In this document: piece after piece, positions 1 to 10,400 of the stretch
How positions within the stretch are numbered: the stretch's first letter is position 1
Layout of the letters: every line of letters begins with the position of its first letter
Assembly: GCA_963830915.1 (NCBI GenBank)
Contig: CAWHOE010000054.1
Location: 1 to 64,000, forward strand
Source of the DNA: a candidate division FCPU426 bacterium
Lineage (GTDB): Bacteria > Oederibacteriota > Muellerivitia > Muellerivitales > Muellerivitaceae
Reading direction: 5' to 3'
DNA length: 64,000 nucleotides
Notes under the pieces: generated by a model
Databases searched by the model: none
What the model saw: only the letters and a program-made list of their open reading frames with translations
Told to the model about the DNA's origin: nothing
Made by a program: the position numbers and the translations under genes

Positions 1-730
1 CACCCTTAAAGGCGGGAAGGTTGAACATTTTTGGTCGGAGACATGGATATTCTTCAAACCGGCGCTCTTCATATCCTCGGCGATATGATGAATCCTTCGG
101 TAATCCTGCAGGACGATAAGACCGCCTTTTTTCGATACCCGCGCCATTTCACCAACGGCTTTTCGCAGGTCATTTCTTTCCTTCAATCGTGTCAGGGCCA
201 GATTGGCCGTCACTCGGTCGAACTCCCCTTTCTTGAAAGGAAGCTTCCTCATCGCCTGTCACCACCTGGACCTTCTTGGCCACGCCTTCCGTAGCGGCGT
301 TCTCCATCGTCTTTTCCGCGTTGTTGCTGTAAAAATCTTTTTGGGACCAATCATCCAGACCCACGCACTTGCCTTTCGTTATCTTTTTTGCCGCTTCAAT
401 GAGGATCAATCCCCTGCCGCAGCCCAGATCCAGGAGTTTTTCTTTGCCTTTCAATCGCAGGGCCGCTAGGACCTGTTGGGAGGATCTTCCTTTTCCAAGG
501 AAATAACTCCAACCCAACCAAACCGCCAACAAGATCAGGAAAAGAGAAATCAAACAAAAAAGGGCTCCCAGGAAGCCGGCTACGAGCCACCGTAATTGGA
601 CTTTATCGGCTATCAGGGCCGCGGCTAACAGAAAAAGGGATATGCCCGCTAAAGCGCCGAGAAGCTCCGGTGTTTCGATCCCGTAACTCAAATGCGTGGA
701 ACTATTCGACCGGATATTTTTTGTTTCCAT
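1..730 (-). CDS. Class I SAM-dependent methyltransferase with N-terminal membrane segments; frameshifted near 250 and truncated by the window edge
   Basis: Motif I LLDLGCGRG. After GGC-GAT (~250) another frame continues RKLPFKKGEFDRVTANLAL...EMARVSKKGGLIVLQD to position 1, typical of the C-terminal half of these enzymes. Confidence 0.75.
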
Positions 731-741
731 GGAACCCCCTA

Positions 742-1881
742 TTAACTCAAGGCTTCTTCGATATCCCCGAGCGAAGCCCCCAGAAGCTGGAGGGCGGCCC
801 GATCGAGCGCTTGGCGCTCTCCGGCGAAATGGAAGGTCTGGTGGACATGGGTGATATGGTCCCCAGGCGACAACGCGGCGGCGGGTGAGGAAGTCTCCAG
901 TTCATAAAAAAGGCCCAGGGATTTTTGCCCTGGTTCGGGCGGCCCGTCGTTGTAGCTGTTCACCACATCCCCGCTATAGGGGTCCTTCTGGATCTCCCAC
1001 ATGGAGTTCACATAGGACCCTTTGGGCTCAGGAAGAGTATACCGCACTACCGTCAGGATGCCGTTCTGCGCGTCCCAGGACCCCAGGATCGGTTTGGCCC
1101 TTGAGGGCAATAAGCCGATCTTGCAGCGCCATTTCCCATCCGCGCGGAAGAATAGAACGTTTTCCTTGACCTTCAGTCGGTCGCCAGGGACCTTTCCGAA
1201 ATAGGAATCGTTGACCTTCGGCCCCAGGTCCTTTTCATCCCCGCCTTGAAATGGGATGACCACCGTGGACCTATCCGAGGGTTGGAACATGCCCAATATC
1301 CAAATGGAAAGAAGCCCCGTATCTTTTTTCCAGGATTGATTCCCTTTATTAGTGAGCCGGTTGACGGATTCGAACCCCACGGACCAGAGACCCTGCGCGG
1401 ATAGACCGAGCTGGCCGAATGATCTTTCTTGTTCCAGAAGATGGACGCGGCGATCCAATTCCGCCTGAAAAGTAAAGCCGGCGTAATTGAGGAGTCTCAT
1501 CTCCTTGAGAAACGCGACATGGCGAGGACCCTTTTCCACCGCCGTGAAGGGCTCCTTGTCGAAAGGAGCTGGCACATAGGAGTGTTCCAGGTCAAAAGGC
1601 GTTCCTGGGGCGAAATAAAGCGAGAACTGCCCTCCTTCCGGACCCAGCCAGAACCGGTCCTCTCCTCCATAGGGATTGAAGTGGGAATGGAGCTTCCCGG
1701 CGGCGATGAACTCACGGTTGATCCAACCATGGCTCGCTCCCTTGGGGCCGTCCAGGGTGCTGGTGAATATCCTCCCCTGGAGTTGGGGGGCGACCGCCAC
1801 TTCCCTGCCTTTTCCGTCGGAGAGAACATGGATTTCGGTGTGGCTTTTTAAAAAGGCCAGGTCGTCCTGGAAGGTCGGCAT
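742..1881 (-). CDS. Conserved hypothetical protein (DUF6786-like)
   Basis: 379 aa ORF with GGEDRFWLGPEGGQ and VVNSYNDGPP...FYELETSSPA motifs; family assigned from memory. Confidence 0.65.
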   Translation of the reverse strand: MPTFQDDLAFLKSHTEIHVLSDGKGREVAVAPQLQGRIFTSTLDGPKGASHGWINREFIAAGKLHSHFNPYGGEDRFWLGPEGGQFSLYFAPGTPFDLEHSYVPAPFDKEPFTAVEKGPRHVAFLKEMRLLNYAGFTFQAELDRRVHLLEQERSFGQLGLSAQGLWSVGFESVNRLTNKGNQSWKKDTGLLSIWILGMFQPSDRSTVVIPFQGGDEKDLGPKVNDSYFGKVPGDRLKVKENVLFFRADGKWRCKIGLLPSRAKPILGSWDAQNGILTVVRYTLPEPKGSYVNSMWEIQKDPYSGDVVNSYNDGPPEPGQKSLGLFYELETSSPAAALSPGDHITHVHQTFHFAGERQALDRAALQLLGASLGDIEEALS

Positions 1882-1922
1882 GAAGGTCCTTCTTATTCGT
1901 ATAGTGGCGGGACTATCTTAAC

Positions 1923-1956
1923 AAAAAAAAGGCCCTGTGTTTGCACAGGGCCTTTT
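1923..1956 (-). terminator. Intrinsic terminator after htrA
   Basis: AAAAGGCCCTGTG-tttg-CACAGGGCCTTTT hairpin with an A8 tract (U tract on the minus strand). Confidence 0.85.
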
Positions 1957-1967
1957 AAGAAAAAAGG

Positions 1968-3512
1968 TTATTCGTCGCCTGTTTGTAGCAAGGAATAGAC
2001 CGTGACGCCGTCACGCCATACGAACAACCGCACACCTTCTTTCAAGTCGCTCTTTTTCAGGACCACCCCAAGCTGCTTGGCCGAGACAATGGCCGTACCG
2101 CCGACTTTCAGAATGATATCCCCTGGTTGGAGCCCCGCCGCCGCAGCAGGACTTTGAGGTTGTACCTGGGTGACCACAGGCCCCTTGGGAGCGTCCGATG
2201 GCAGTTGGCTTCGGATGTCAGGCGACTGGTCCTGGAAGATGGCCCCGATATCCTCGTTCTGGGCGGTCGATCCATTCAATGCCCCCTCATTGCCCTGATC
2301 GTTGGCTCCCGGCTTGAGGGCGGTTTCATCCAACTTCTGGAGGGTCACGGGTATCTCGATCTGGCCGTTGTTCCTGAGGATGGTCATTTGCACCGTCTGA
2401 CCCGGTTCAAAGGTATAAAGCTTGGCGACCAGGTCGGAGGAATTGGTCACCTTTTCGCCGTTCAAGGAAAGAACGATGTCCCCCGGTTTCAGTCCGGCTT
2501 TTTCGGCCGCGCTCCCCGGGTTGATGCTGGATAACAACGCCCCTTCCGTGGTATTCAACCCGAAGCTCTTGGCCATGCGGGGATCCAAGGATTGGACGAT
2601 GGCTCCCAGGCCGGCCCGAACAACCTTACCGGTGTTGACCAGGTCCTCAGCGGCCTTACGGGCGATATTGACGGGGATGGCGAACCCTATCCCAATGGAA
2701 CCGCCCGACTGGCTGTAGATGGCGCTATTGATACCGATGACCTCGCCTAGGATGTTGCATAAGGGTCCGCCTGAGTTTCCGGGATTGATGGAAGCGTCGG
2801 TCTGGATATAGCTCTGATATCCCGAATCCTGGTTCACCTGAACGCTCCGTCCCTTGGCGGAGATGACCCCGGTCGTGACCGTGTGATCCAGCGCGAAGGG
2901 ATTGCCTACGGCGATGGCCCATTCCCCGACCTTGATGACGTCCGAATCGCCCAATACCAGATGGGGGAATACCTTTTTGGAGTCCGTGATCTTGATGATG
3001 CCGATATCGACTTTCTCATCCTTGCCCACGATGACCGCTTTGTAAGTGGTCCCGTCCTCGAATGTGACGGTGACTTTCTCAGCCTTGCCGATCACATGGG
3101 CGTTGGTAAGGATATAACCGTCGGAGGTGATGAGGAACCCGGACCCCAGGCTGTGCTGTTTTTGTTTCAGGACAGGGCTTTGCCGCATTCCCCCGTGAGG
3201 CCCGTTAAAGAAGAAATTGAAGAAATCCTCCGGCCCGCCGAAATCGTTGAAGCCCCGGATATTCTCGGTCCATTCGGAACTGATGTTGACCACCGCGGGA
3301 CTGACCGCGGCCGCCACATCGATGAACGCGTTCTGAAGGGCCAACGCCGCGCTGGTGGGTGGAAGGATGACCGGCGGCGCTTCTTTGCCCAAATGCAGGA
3401 CTGCCGCCTGAGCGAACATCGGAAGGGTGGTCACGGCCAAAAGAAAGGCCGCCGCGAGGAACTGGATCAACTTAATTCGGGATCTATATCCGCCGATCGT
3501 TTGGCTTTCCAT
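1968..3512 (-). CDS. htrA: Do/HtrA family serine protease (trypsin domain + 2 PDZ)
   Basis: LTNAHVI, IQTDASINPGNSGGPL, two PDZ domains, N-terminal hydrophobic signal. Start set at ATG 3512, which follows a GGAGG RBS. Confidence 0.93.
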   Translation of the reverse strand: MESQTIGGYRSRIKLIQFLAAAFLLAVTTLPMFAQAAVLHLGKEAPPVILPPTSAALALQNAFIDVAAAVSPAVVNISSEWTENIRGFNDFGGPEDFFNFFFNGPHGGMRQSPVLKQKQHSLGSGFLITSDGYILTNAHVIGKAEKVTVTFEDGTTYKAVIVGKDEKVDIGIIKITDSKKVFPHLVLGDSDVIKVGEWAIAVGNPFALDHTVTTGVISAKGRSVQVNQDSGYQSYIQTDASINPGNSGGPLCNILGEVIGINSAIYSQSGGSIGIGFAIPVNIARKAAEDLVNTGKVVRAGLGAIVQSLDPRMAKSFGLNTTEGALLSSINPGSAAEKAGLKPGDIVLSLNGEKVTNSSDLVAKLYTFEPGQTVQMTILRNNGQIEIPVTLQKLDETALKPGANDQGNEGALNGSTAQNEDIGAIFQDQSPDIRSQLPSDAPKGPVVTQVQPQSPAAAAGLQPGDIILKVGGTAIVSAKQLGVVLKKSDLKEGVRLFVWRDGVTVYSLLQTGDE

Positions 3513-3849
3513 GGGGTATTTCCTCCGTGTCATTTTCATTCATCCCGGATGTTTTATCCTCCAGGAAGATATTCCTATCTTTCAAGAGTTGGTCGATGTC
3601 CGGGTGATGGTTCGACAGCGTGAACATGATCTTGACCCCGGACAAGTTCACTCCACAGGTTTTGACGAGGTAGGTGATGCATTCGAGCCGTTCCACATCG
3701 ATCTGGGAGTAAAGCCTTGTTTTTCGTATGGTCCGACAGGGAGAAATAAGGCCCAACCGCTCGTATTGACGGATGGTCTGCTCGTGCAATTGCAGGAGCT
3801 GCGCCACCACGCTGATGGTGTAAATAGGCTGTTCGGGCGGGACGTTCAT
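3484..3849 (-). CDS. hspR: MerR-family HTH regulator, HspR-like
   Basis: PIYTISVVAQLLQLHEQTIRQYERLGLISPCRT...RLYSQIDVERL...GVNLSGVK matches the HspR pattern. ATG 3849 follows GGAGG. Confidence 0.8.
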   Translation of the reverse strand: MNVPPEQPIYTISVVAQLLQLHEQTIRQYERLGLISPCRTIRKTRLYSQIDVERLECITYLVKTCGVNLSGVKIMFTLSNHHPDIDQLLKDRNIFLEDKTSGMNENDTEEIPHGKPNDRRI

Positions 3850-3871
3850 GACAAGCCTCCCGGGAATGGGT

Positions 3872-4723
3872 TCACGAGAAATATTCCCGAAGGCGCTCCA
3901 CATCCTTGGAGCCTCGGATCTTCTTCATGGCCCTCTCCTCGATCTGACGGACCCGCTCTTTGGATATCTTCAAGCGTTTGCCGATCTCGTCCAGGGTCTG
4001 GGTACCGCTCCCGTCCAACCCGTAACGCCAGGTCAGGATCTGGTTGTCCCTGTTGTCCAAGAGGGTCAAGGCCTTGCGGACTTTCGCGGACAGGTCCTTG
4101 TCCATCATTTCCCTTTCGAAGGATTCCACGTCCTTCGGGTCTCTCAGGAAATCGATGATGGGTTTCTCGCTGTCCCCGATATGGGTCGTGTCCAGGCTCA
4201 AGTAGCCATGGGCGAATTGCTGGACCTCATTGAGGGTTTCTCTGGAAATATCGGTCTTTTTCATGACCTCGGCGTCGCTGAGTTTGGCCCCGGTTTTTTG
4301 CTGGATAGCGTCGACTCTTTTATTGATCTTGCGTATCTTTTTGGTCTGGCTCTGGGGGATGCGCACCATGTCAGCCTTGTCCAGGATGGCGGCCAGGATG
4401 GACTGGCGGATCCACCAAACGGCGTAGGATACGAACCTCACCCCGCGCTCGGGGTCAAAGGTACGGGCGGCCTTCATCAGACCCAGGTTTCCCTCATTGA
4501 TCAGGTCCAGGAAGGTCAAACCTCGATTACGGTAGCCTTTGGCGATGGAAACCACGAACCTTAGGTTCGCCTCGACCAAGCGGTTCACGGCTGACTCATC
4601 CCCATTTTGGATGGCCCGACCGATCTCTTTTTCTTCCTCAACGGTCAGGAGCGGGACACGGGCTATTTCCTTGAGATAGGTCCCAACTGATTTGTCTTCG
4701 CTAACGAACGGTAACCTTTCCAT
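3872..4723 (-). CDS. Sigma70-family sigma factor (regions 1.2-4, no region 1.1), probably an alternative sigma
   Basis: YLKEIARVPLLT, LVEANLRFVVSIAKGY, DLINEGNLGL, FVSYAVWWIRQ, TLDEIG...SKERVRQIE. Confidence 0.93.
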   Translation of the reverse strand: MERLPFVSEDKSVGTYLKEIARVPLLTVEEEKEIGRAIQNGDESAVNRLVEANLRFVVSIAKGYRNRGLTFLDLINEGNLGLMKAARTFDPERGVRFVSYAVWWIRQSILAAILDKADMVRIPQSQTKKIRKINKRVDAIQQKTGAKLSDAEVMKKTDISRETLNEVQQFAHGYLSLDTTHIGDSEKPIIDFLRDPKDVESFEREMMDKDLSAKVRKALTLLDNRDNQILTWRYGLDGSGTQTLDEIGKRLKISKERVRQIEERAMKKIRGSKDVERLREYFS

Positions 4724-4795
4724 GATTTCCTCCCAAAATACACACTAATATAAACTATGTGTATTTCTAATGATTATCTGTATTTAATTAAACAG

Positions 4796-4824
4796 ATTAT
4801 ATGAGTCGTATCGTATCAAGTCAA
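4796..4824 (-). promoter_or_regulatory. Sigma70-type promoter overlapped by a HAIR-like (HspR) operator
   Basis: Minus strand TTGACT-17 bp-TATAAT. Plus strand 4800-4820 reads TATGAGT-N7-TATCAAG, compared with HAIR consensus CTTGAGT-N7-ACTCAAG. Confidence 0.7.
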
Positions 4825-4900
4825 CCACAAATTTATAGATATTACTGGAATGCAATAAAAAAGCCTATTTTTAAGTGTTTTTGATCTTATTTTTGGGAAG

Positions 4901-5968
4901 TTACTGCGCTTCTTGAACAGCTTTTTCTATGGCCTCTTCGGACTTCAGAAAGGCTCTCATAGTGTCCAAATAAAGGGCGGTCGATGTCGCCAAAGGCAAC
5001 AAGAAGAAGATCAGCCTGAAAAGGAGGGCGGCCCACACCGTTTTCTCACTCTCCACCCCCAACAGGGTAAATACCACGGTCAAAGCGGCCTCACTGACCC
5101 CTAACCCGGCCGGCACTGGATTAATGGTCGAGGTGAGGAAAAAGACCGTGAAGCCCACCATCAAAAGGCCGAGGGGCAGGTCCACCCCCACCGCGTGAAA
5201 ACAACAATAGAGGGTCAACGCGGTAAAGACCCAATCCATGGCGACCCAGAAGACGACCAACAAAAGTTGGAGCCAACCCTGATGTAATAGTTTGATGCTC
5301 TCATCGAATCGATTGCGGGCATCCACCATCTTTTTTATCGAGGACTTGTTCTTGAGTATCCGGCGGTTGAGCCATCCGCCAAAGGTTATGACCTGTCTCA
5401 AGAGCCATCGGCGGAAAGTTCCATTGAAGAATATCAATAACATGCCCCCCACCAGCCCAAGCAAGCCCAACATAAAAGCCAAAACCACGAATTCCCTGGA
5501 CCCCCCCACGAATTCGGGGTGCTCCCTCAGGTAGATCAGCCCCCCGAAGCACACGCAGGAAAGCACTAAGTTGAATACCAGGTTCTGGGCGAAAGACAGA
5601 GGGATCGTCACCGAATATGGTATTTTTTGCTGCTGTTTCAATAGATAAGACCGCAAGGCCACTCCCGCCCATCCCCCCAGGGACGCCACCGAGTTGATGG
5701 TTTGGGAGATGAACATAATGGAGAAGAATCGGGCGAAGGGAATCCGGTAAGGGGTCATCTCGAAAAGACCATTGAAGGAAAGTGTGAACGCCACATAGGC
5801 GGTGGCTGTGCAAAAAAGGGCGAAAAGAAGGGGTTCCACTCGGATCTGGTGGAAGATCGAAACAAGCTTTGAGAAATCGCTCATCATGGCCGTGGCCACA
5901 CCCAGCACCATGAGCCCCATGACCAAAAGGGAAACCACGATGAAAATTTTACGGTTAGGCTGGCTCAT
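4901..5968 (-). CDS. Lysylphosphatidylglycerol-synthase TM / flippase-like membrane protein
   Basis: Multiple TM helices; PVPAGLGVSEA and AALLFRLIFF motifs. Confidence 0.8.
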   Translation of the reverse strand: MSQPNRKIFIVVSLLVMGLMVLGVATAMMSDFSKLVSIFHQIRVEPLLFALFCTATAYVAFTLSFNGLFEMTPYRIPFARFFSIMFISQTINSVASLGGWAGVALRSYLLKQQQKIPYSVTIPLSFAQNLVFNLVLSCVCFGGLIYLREHPEFVGGSREFVVLAFMLGLLGLVGGMLLIFFNGTFRRWLLRQVITFGGWLNRRILKNKSSIKKMVDARNRFDESIKLLHQGWLQLLLVVFWVAMDWVFTALTLYCCFHAVGVDLPLGLLMVGFTVFFLTSTINPVPAGLGVSEAALTVVFTLLGVESEKTVWAALLFRLIFFLLPLATSTALYLDTMRAFLKSEEAIEKAVQEAQ

Positions 5969-6036
5969 AAAGACCTTTTGCCTTGAGGAATGTCTTTCCC
6001 TGTGTTTTGCTCGGCGATTTCTGTAAAATGCCGCTC

Positions 6037-7326
6037 ATGTTTCCAACCAAAAAAACACTCGCCGCCTGCTCCATGATACTTTGGCTGGCGGGCTGCGCCA
6101 CGATCCAAAAAAACACGACGACCGTTTCCCTTGTCCCTTCCACGCCGACTCCCGGACCCACTTTCACGACCATCCCGACCCAGGCTGTTTTTACCGAAGC
6201 GGTCACCATGGCTTTCGTCGGGGATATTATGATGGGCGGTTCAGCGGCTTACAAACTGAAAACGGCCGGACCTGATTCTTTTTTCAAAGATACCGCTCCT
6301 TATCTTAAGGAAGTGGACCTCGCCGGCGGCAACCTGGAAGGGCCGTTGGGCCTCGAGGGCAAGACTTGGGTACGAAAGAAATACACCTTTCTCATTAACC
6401 CCGCCTGCGCCCAGGGTTTGGCGCGCGCCGGATTCAAGTTCATGACCTTGGCCAATAACCACACCATGGATTTTGGGGTAAAAGCCCTGAAATCAACCCT
6501 CGCTGCCCTGGAGCAGAATGGGTTGATCCACGCTGGAGCGGGGATGAACCTGGAAGAGGCCCGAAAACCCGCATGGTTCAGGATCAAGGGGCGTAAGATC
6601 GCGATCCTGGCCTATTCCCTCACCCAACCCACTGAATTCTGGGCCCGAAGCGAAAGGCCCGGATGCGCTCCGGCTTTTGAGCGGTATATGAAAGAGGATA
6701 TCCGATCGGCCAAGGACAACGGCGCGGACCTGGTTTTCGTTGTTTGTCATTGGGGCCACGAAAAACAAACCAGCCTTTTGTATGGTCAGACCAATCTGGC
6801 TCATTTGGCCATCGATTCAGGCGCCGATGGCGTCATCGGGGCTCATCCCCATATCTGGCAGGGTTTGGAAGTTTACCAAGGGAAACCCATCGCCTATTCC
6901 ATCGGGAATTTCGCTTTTGGTTCCTATACCTCGAACAAGGACAGCGGCATCCTGGAATTGGTCTATGATCCAAAGGATCATTGGTCCGGTGGAAAGATCA
7001 TCCCTTTGAACGTTCACAATTCGGAAGTTCAATTCTGCCCGGCTCTCATGAAGCCGACACAGGCTGGAAAATTCCACGATTACCTGGTGAAGCTATCCTC
7101 AAATGTGGACCTATCCTATTCGGATACGGCTTTCGATTGGAAAGCTACGCCTTGGGTCGCTTCGACACAAACTCCCACTCCGACATCGACAGCCTCCCCA
7201 ACCGCGACTTCGATCGTTCCTCTATCGACCATTAGCTCCGCGGGATCGATGACTTTGACCAGAACACCGACGGTTGTGGTAACTCCCAATCCGCTGGGTT
7301 CGGTACCTGGTGTGGTCAATCCTTGA
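6037..7326 (+). CDS. CapA (PGA_cap) family metallophosphatase-fold lipoprotein with Thr/Pro-rich tail
   Basis: LAGC lipobox; FVGDIM, GNLEGP, LANNHTMDFG, CHWG, GAHPH, YSIGNF motifs. Start codon uncertain (5983-6037). Confidence 0.85.
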   Translation: MFPTKKTLAACSMILWLAGCATIQKNTTTVSLVPSTPTPGPTFTTIPTQAVFTEAVTMAFVGDIMMGGSAAYKLKTAGPDSFFKDTAPYLKEVDLAGGNLEGPLGLEGKTWVRKKYTFLINPACAQGLARAGFKFMTLANNHTMDFGVKALKSTLAALEQNGLIHAGAGMNLEEARKPAWFRIKGRKIAILAYSLTQPTEFWARSERPGCAPAFERYMKEDIRSAKDNGADLVFVVCHWGHEKQTSLLYGQTNLAHLAIDSGADGVIGAHPHIWQGLEVYQGKPIAYSIGNFAFGSYTSNKDSGILELVYDPKDHWSGGKIIPLNVHNSEVQFCPALMKPTQAGKFHDYLVKLSSNVDLSYSDTAFDWKATPWVASTQTPTPTSTASPTATSIVPLSTISSAGSMTLTRTPTVVVTPNPLGSVPGVVNP

Positions 7327-7350
7327 TCACGCTTTTTTCTGACCCCAAAC

Positions 7351-7381
7351 AAAAAAGCCCTGAGATCCTCAGGGCTTTTTT
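7351..7381. terminator. Bidirectional intrinsic terminator
   Basis: AAAAAAGCCCTGAG-atc-CTCAGGGCTTTTTT between convergent genes. Confidence 0.9.
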
Positions 7382-7406
7382 CACATCATCCTATTGAACA
7401 ACCCAT

Positions 7407-10400
7407 CTACTCGATCAATTCACCCTCACCTTCTTTGTTCAAATCTTTCTTGATCGATTGACTAGCGTCCAACCCGCCCGGTGGAACTCCCGGAGGAGGA
7501 GGCGCTTTGGGGGGGGCTGGTGGTTTTGGTTTGTCATCTTCCGTTTTCACCGAATCCATGTTATCCAAATCCAGCATGCCCGCTGGAGGCGTCGATGGCT
7601 TCAGGGTCGTCGGAACCACTTTGGGCGGCATGGGAGGGGCGCTCATCCCCGGAGGCTGGGGTGGGCGAGGGGCTCCAACAGGTGGCGCGGGAGGAACGAC
7701 TGGTGGCGTTGGGGGCTTGGGGGCCGCGGGCGGGGGCGCGCCTGGACCCGTGATGGGAGGTGTCTCCATTTTTTTATCTAAAAGAGAATCCAATACGCCT
7801 GACATCCCGCCAATAGGGATCGCTGGCTTTAGAGCGCCCATAGGAGGAACGGACCCAGTGGGGGGCTTGGGAGCGCTAAGAGGCGGCGCGGGAGGGGTCA
7901 AGCCTGGAGGTTTCGGGGCGGCCGGAGCTGGAGGTGGCGCCATTCCCCCTGGCGTGATCGGTTTGGGCGGTATGGTCCCAGGGGCCGCCGCTGGAGCTGT
8001 CGTCGGGATCTTCTTTTCAAGCAGGGAGTCCAAAAATCCGGTAGAAGGCGGTTTGGGTGCCGAGGGAACACCGGGTGCGGGAGGTGCTGCCGGTTTCGGC
8101 GGTATCATCCCGCCGGGAATAGCGGGGGTTGTTCCGGGAGCGGGCGTTCCCATCGGTTTGACCGGAGCCGCGCCGACAGGAGGAACTTTTCCTGAGATGA
8201 GGGAATCCAAAACACCAGAACCAGTTGGGGAAACAGGTTTCGCCCCGGGGGTAACTGCCCCTGGAATGGGTCCGGTTGGTTTGGACATTCCGAAGCTGAT
8301 GGGCTTGGGACCTCCGAGCGGCGAGGTCGCCCCCGGTGGGGTCATGGCAGGCTTGGAAGCGCTTGGTGCTGGTATGGGTGGGCTCTTGGGCATACCGAAA
8401 GTCATCCCCGCGGGTTTTACGCCTGCCGCCGGGGCGGCAGTGGACGCGGGAGCGGTTGGGATCTCAGGAGAGGGCGGAACCTCTCCTGGTTTTTTTATCT
8501 TCGTCGGGAATGTCAGGATGAGGCGGGTACCAGGGTCCCCTTTTTCAGCGACCGCGCCGCCTCCATGGGCCCCCAAGATGGTTTTCACCAGGGCGAACTT
8601 CAATCCTGTACCGGCCAATTGGGCCGACGCCGTATGTTTTGGATCGTAGAACTCGTCGAAAAGTTTTGGCAGGGCCTCGGGCACTACGGTCAACCCTGGA
8701 TCGGGCACGGTGACTTTGACGTTGTCGCCGATGGTCTCTACCGAGATATTGACCACTGAACCCCGGGGGGCGTCCTTGATGATCTGTAGGTAAAGAATGT
8801 TCCAAAGCTGGTTGAAACGACGGCGCACGACTGGGACCTTGGGAACATCGGGTTTGGCGTCGATTTTGATCTTGATGTTCTTGACCTCGGCTTGGGCCTG
8901 GAAATTGAAAGCCAATCCCTCGATCTCGGTGGCCAGGGAGACTTCTTCCCGTTTGGCGTCCTCCATTTCGACTTCGACCTGGTAAACGTCCAAAAGATCG
9001 TTGATGAATTTCTCAAGGCGGGCCGACCGGTTGATGACCATGCCCAGGAATTCCTGTTGTTTCTCATTGATGCCGCCCTGGGCCGTGCCCAAAGCCGAGG
9101 ACACATAACCCTTGATGATGCCCAATGTCGTCTTGAGCTCTTCCGCCATGGTACGGATGGCCGCTGCGCGGACCTGGGATACATGGATGGCCGAGGAAGC
9201 CGAGACGGCCTGAAGCATCCTGGATTCCATCTCCGCGAACTTTACCTGGGCGTCATTGTATTTCTTCTTGAATTCTTCCAAGCCCTGCTCGGTCGTGGAA
9301 ATTTGGCCTTTAAGCTTGGCATTCTCGGTCTTGGATTGCTCGTTCTGATTGCGCAACCCCTCGCTCATGCCTTTGAGCGCGTCCAGTTCTTTAAGCTTGT
9401 CGTTCAATAACTGGTTTTTTTCGTTCAGTTCGTTTCGGACCGATTGGGTTTGCTGCTGGGCTGCCCCGACTTGACCAGCGGCTTCCCTTGTCTTTTCTTC
9501 TATCTGGGTGCGTGCTTTCCGTAACGCGTCCTCTTTCTCGGAAAGAACGTCGATTTTTTCCTTCTCCATCCGTTCGATGAGCATCGAGGAGGCTTGGACC
9601 ACCTGACCCACTTCGTCTTGACCGAATTTTTTAAGGACCTCTGGCGTCAACTGCCCTTTTCCCTCCGCCGCGTTCAGGATCAAGGCGTTAGCCGACCGTA
9701 GGGGCTTCAAGATGAGGCCGAAGAAGACCGCCCCAACTATGAAGACCCAGGCCAACATCACGATGGCTCCGATGAAAAGAGCCATGCCCGTTGGTGTCTG
9801 GATGAATTCCGGTAGATTGGCGAGCGACGGTTTGGGTGTGGGTGTCTCGACCGGCGAGGGAGGTTGGAGCAACGCGAAAGGAACGACACGGACCACTCCG
9901 AAGGAAGCCAAGCCCAGCGGCGCGTAAACCGCCGCTGAATTGGGAGGAGAGAGAGAGGACCCGGATTGCTGGGAGGTTAAGTCCGTTTGGACCTTTGTAA
10001 GCCAGGGTTCCTGGTTGGGATTGAATGTTTCGGACATCTTGGCGGGTATGGAATGGTAGAAATAATGGCCTGAGCCGGCGTCCAAAAGGAATATCTCTCC
10101 GTTCTTTGGGTCAGGGGGGCGGAAGAATTGCCCCAGGTTGAAGGCCGCCTCAACGATGGTCTTGTTGGGCAGGTCGATGGCGAAGATAAAGGCTGGATAT
10201 CCCAGGCGCTGGGTATAGAACTGGTAGGTCTGTCCTGGCTTTTCCTTGAGATGGTTAACGATGTTCTTGAACTCTTCCGATGATCCGTAAGCTGGTTCCA
10301 CCAAAGCCGGAGTGGGTGGAAGGGTCTTGACCGCTTTGCCATCCAAGGAAATCACCACCATACCCGACACGCCAGAATGGGTGGATTTGAAATTCTCCAG

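Noticed and set aside
7507..8649. 380 aa Gly-rich plus-strand ORF
   Set aside because: Antisense reading of the Pro-rich tail (CCN codons read as GG-containing codons).
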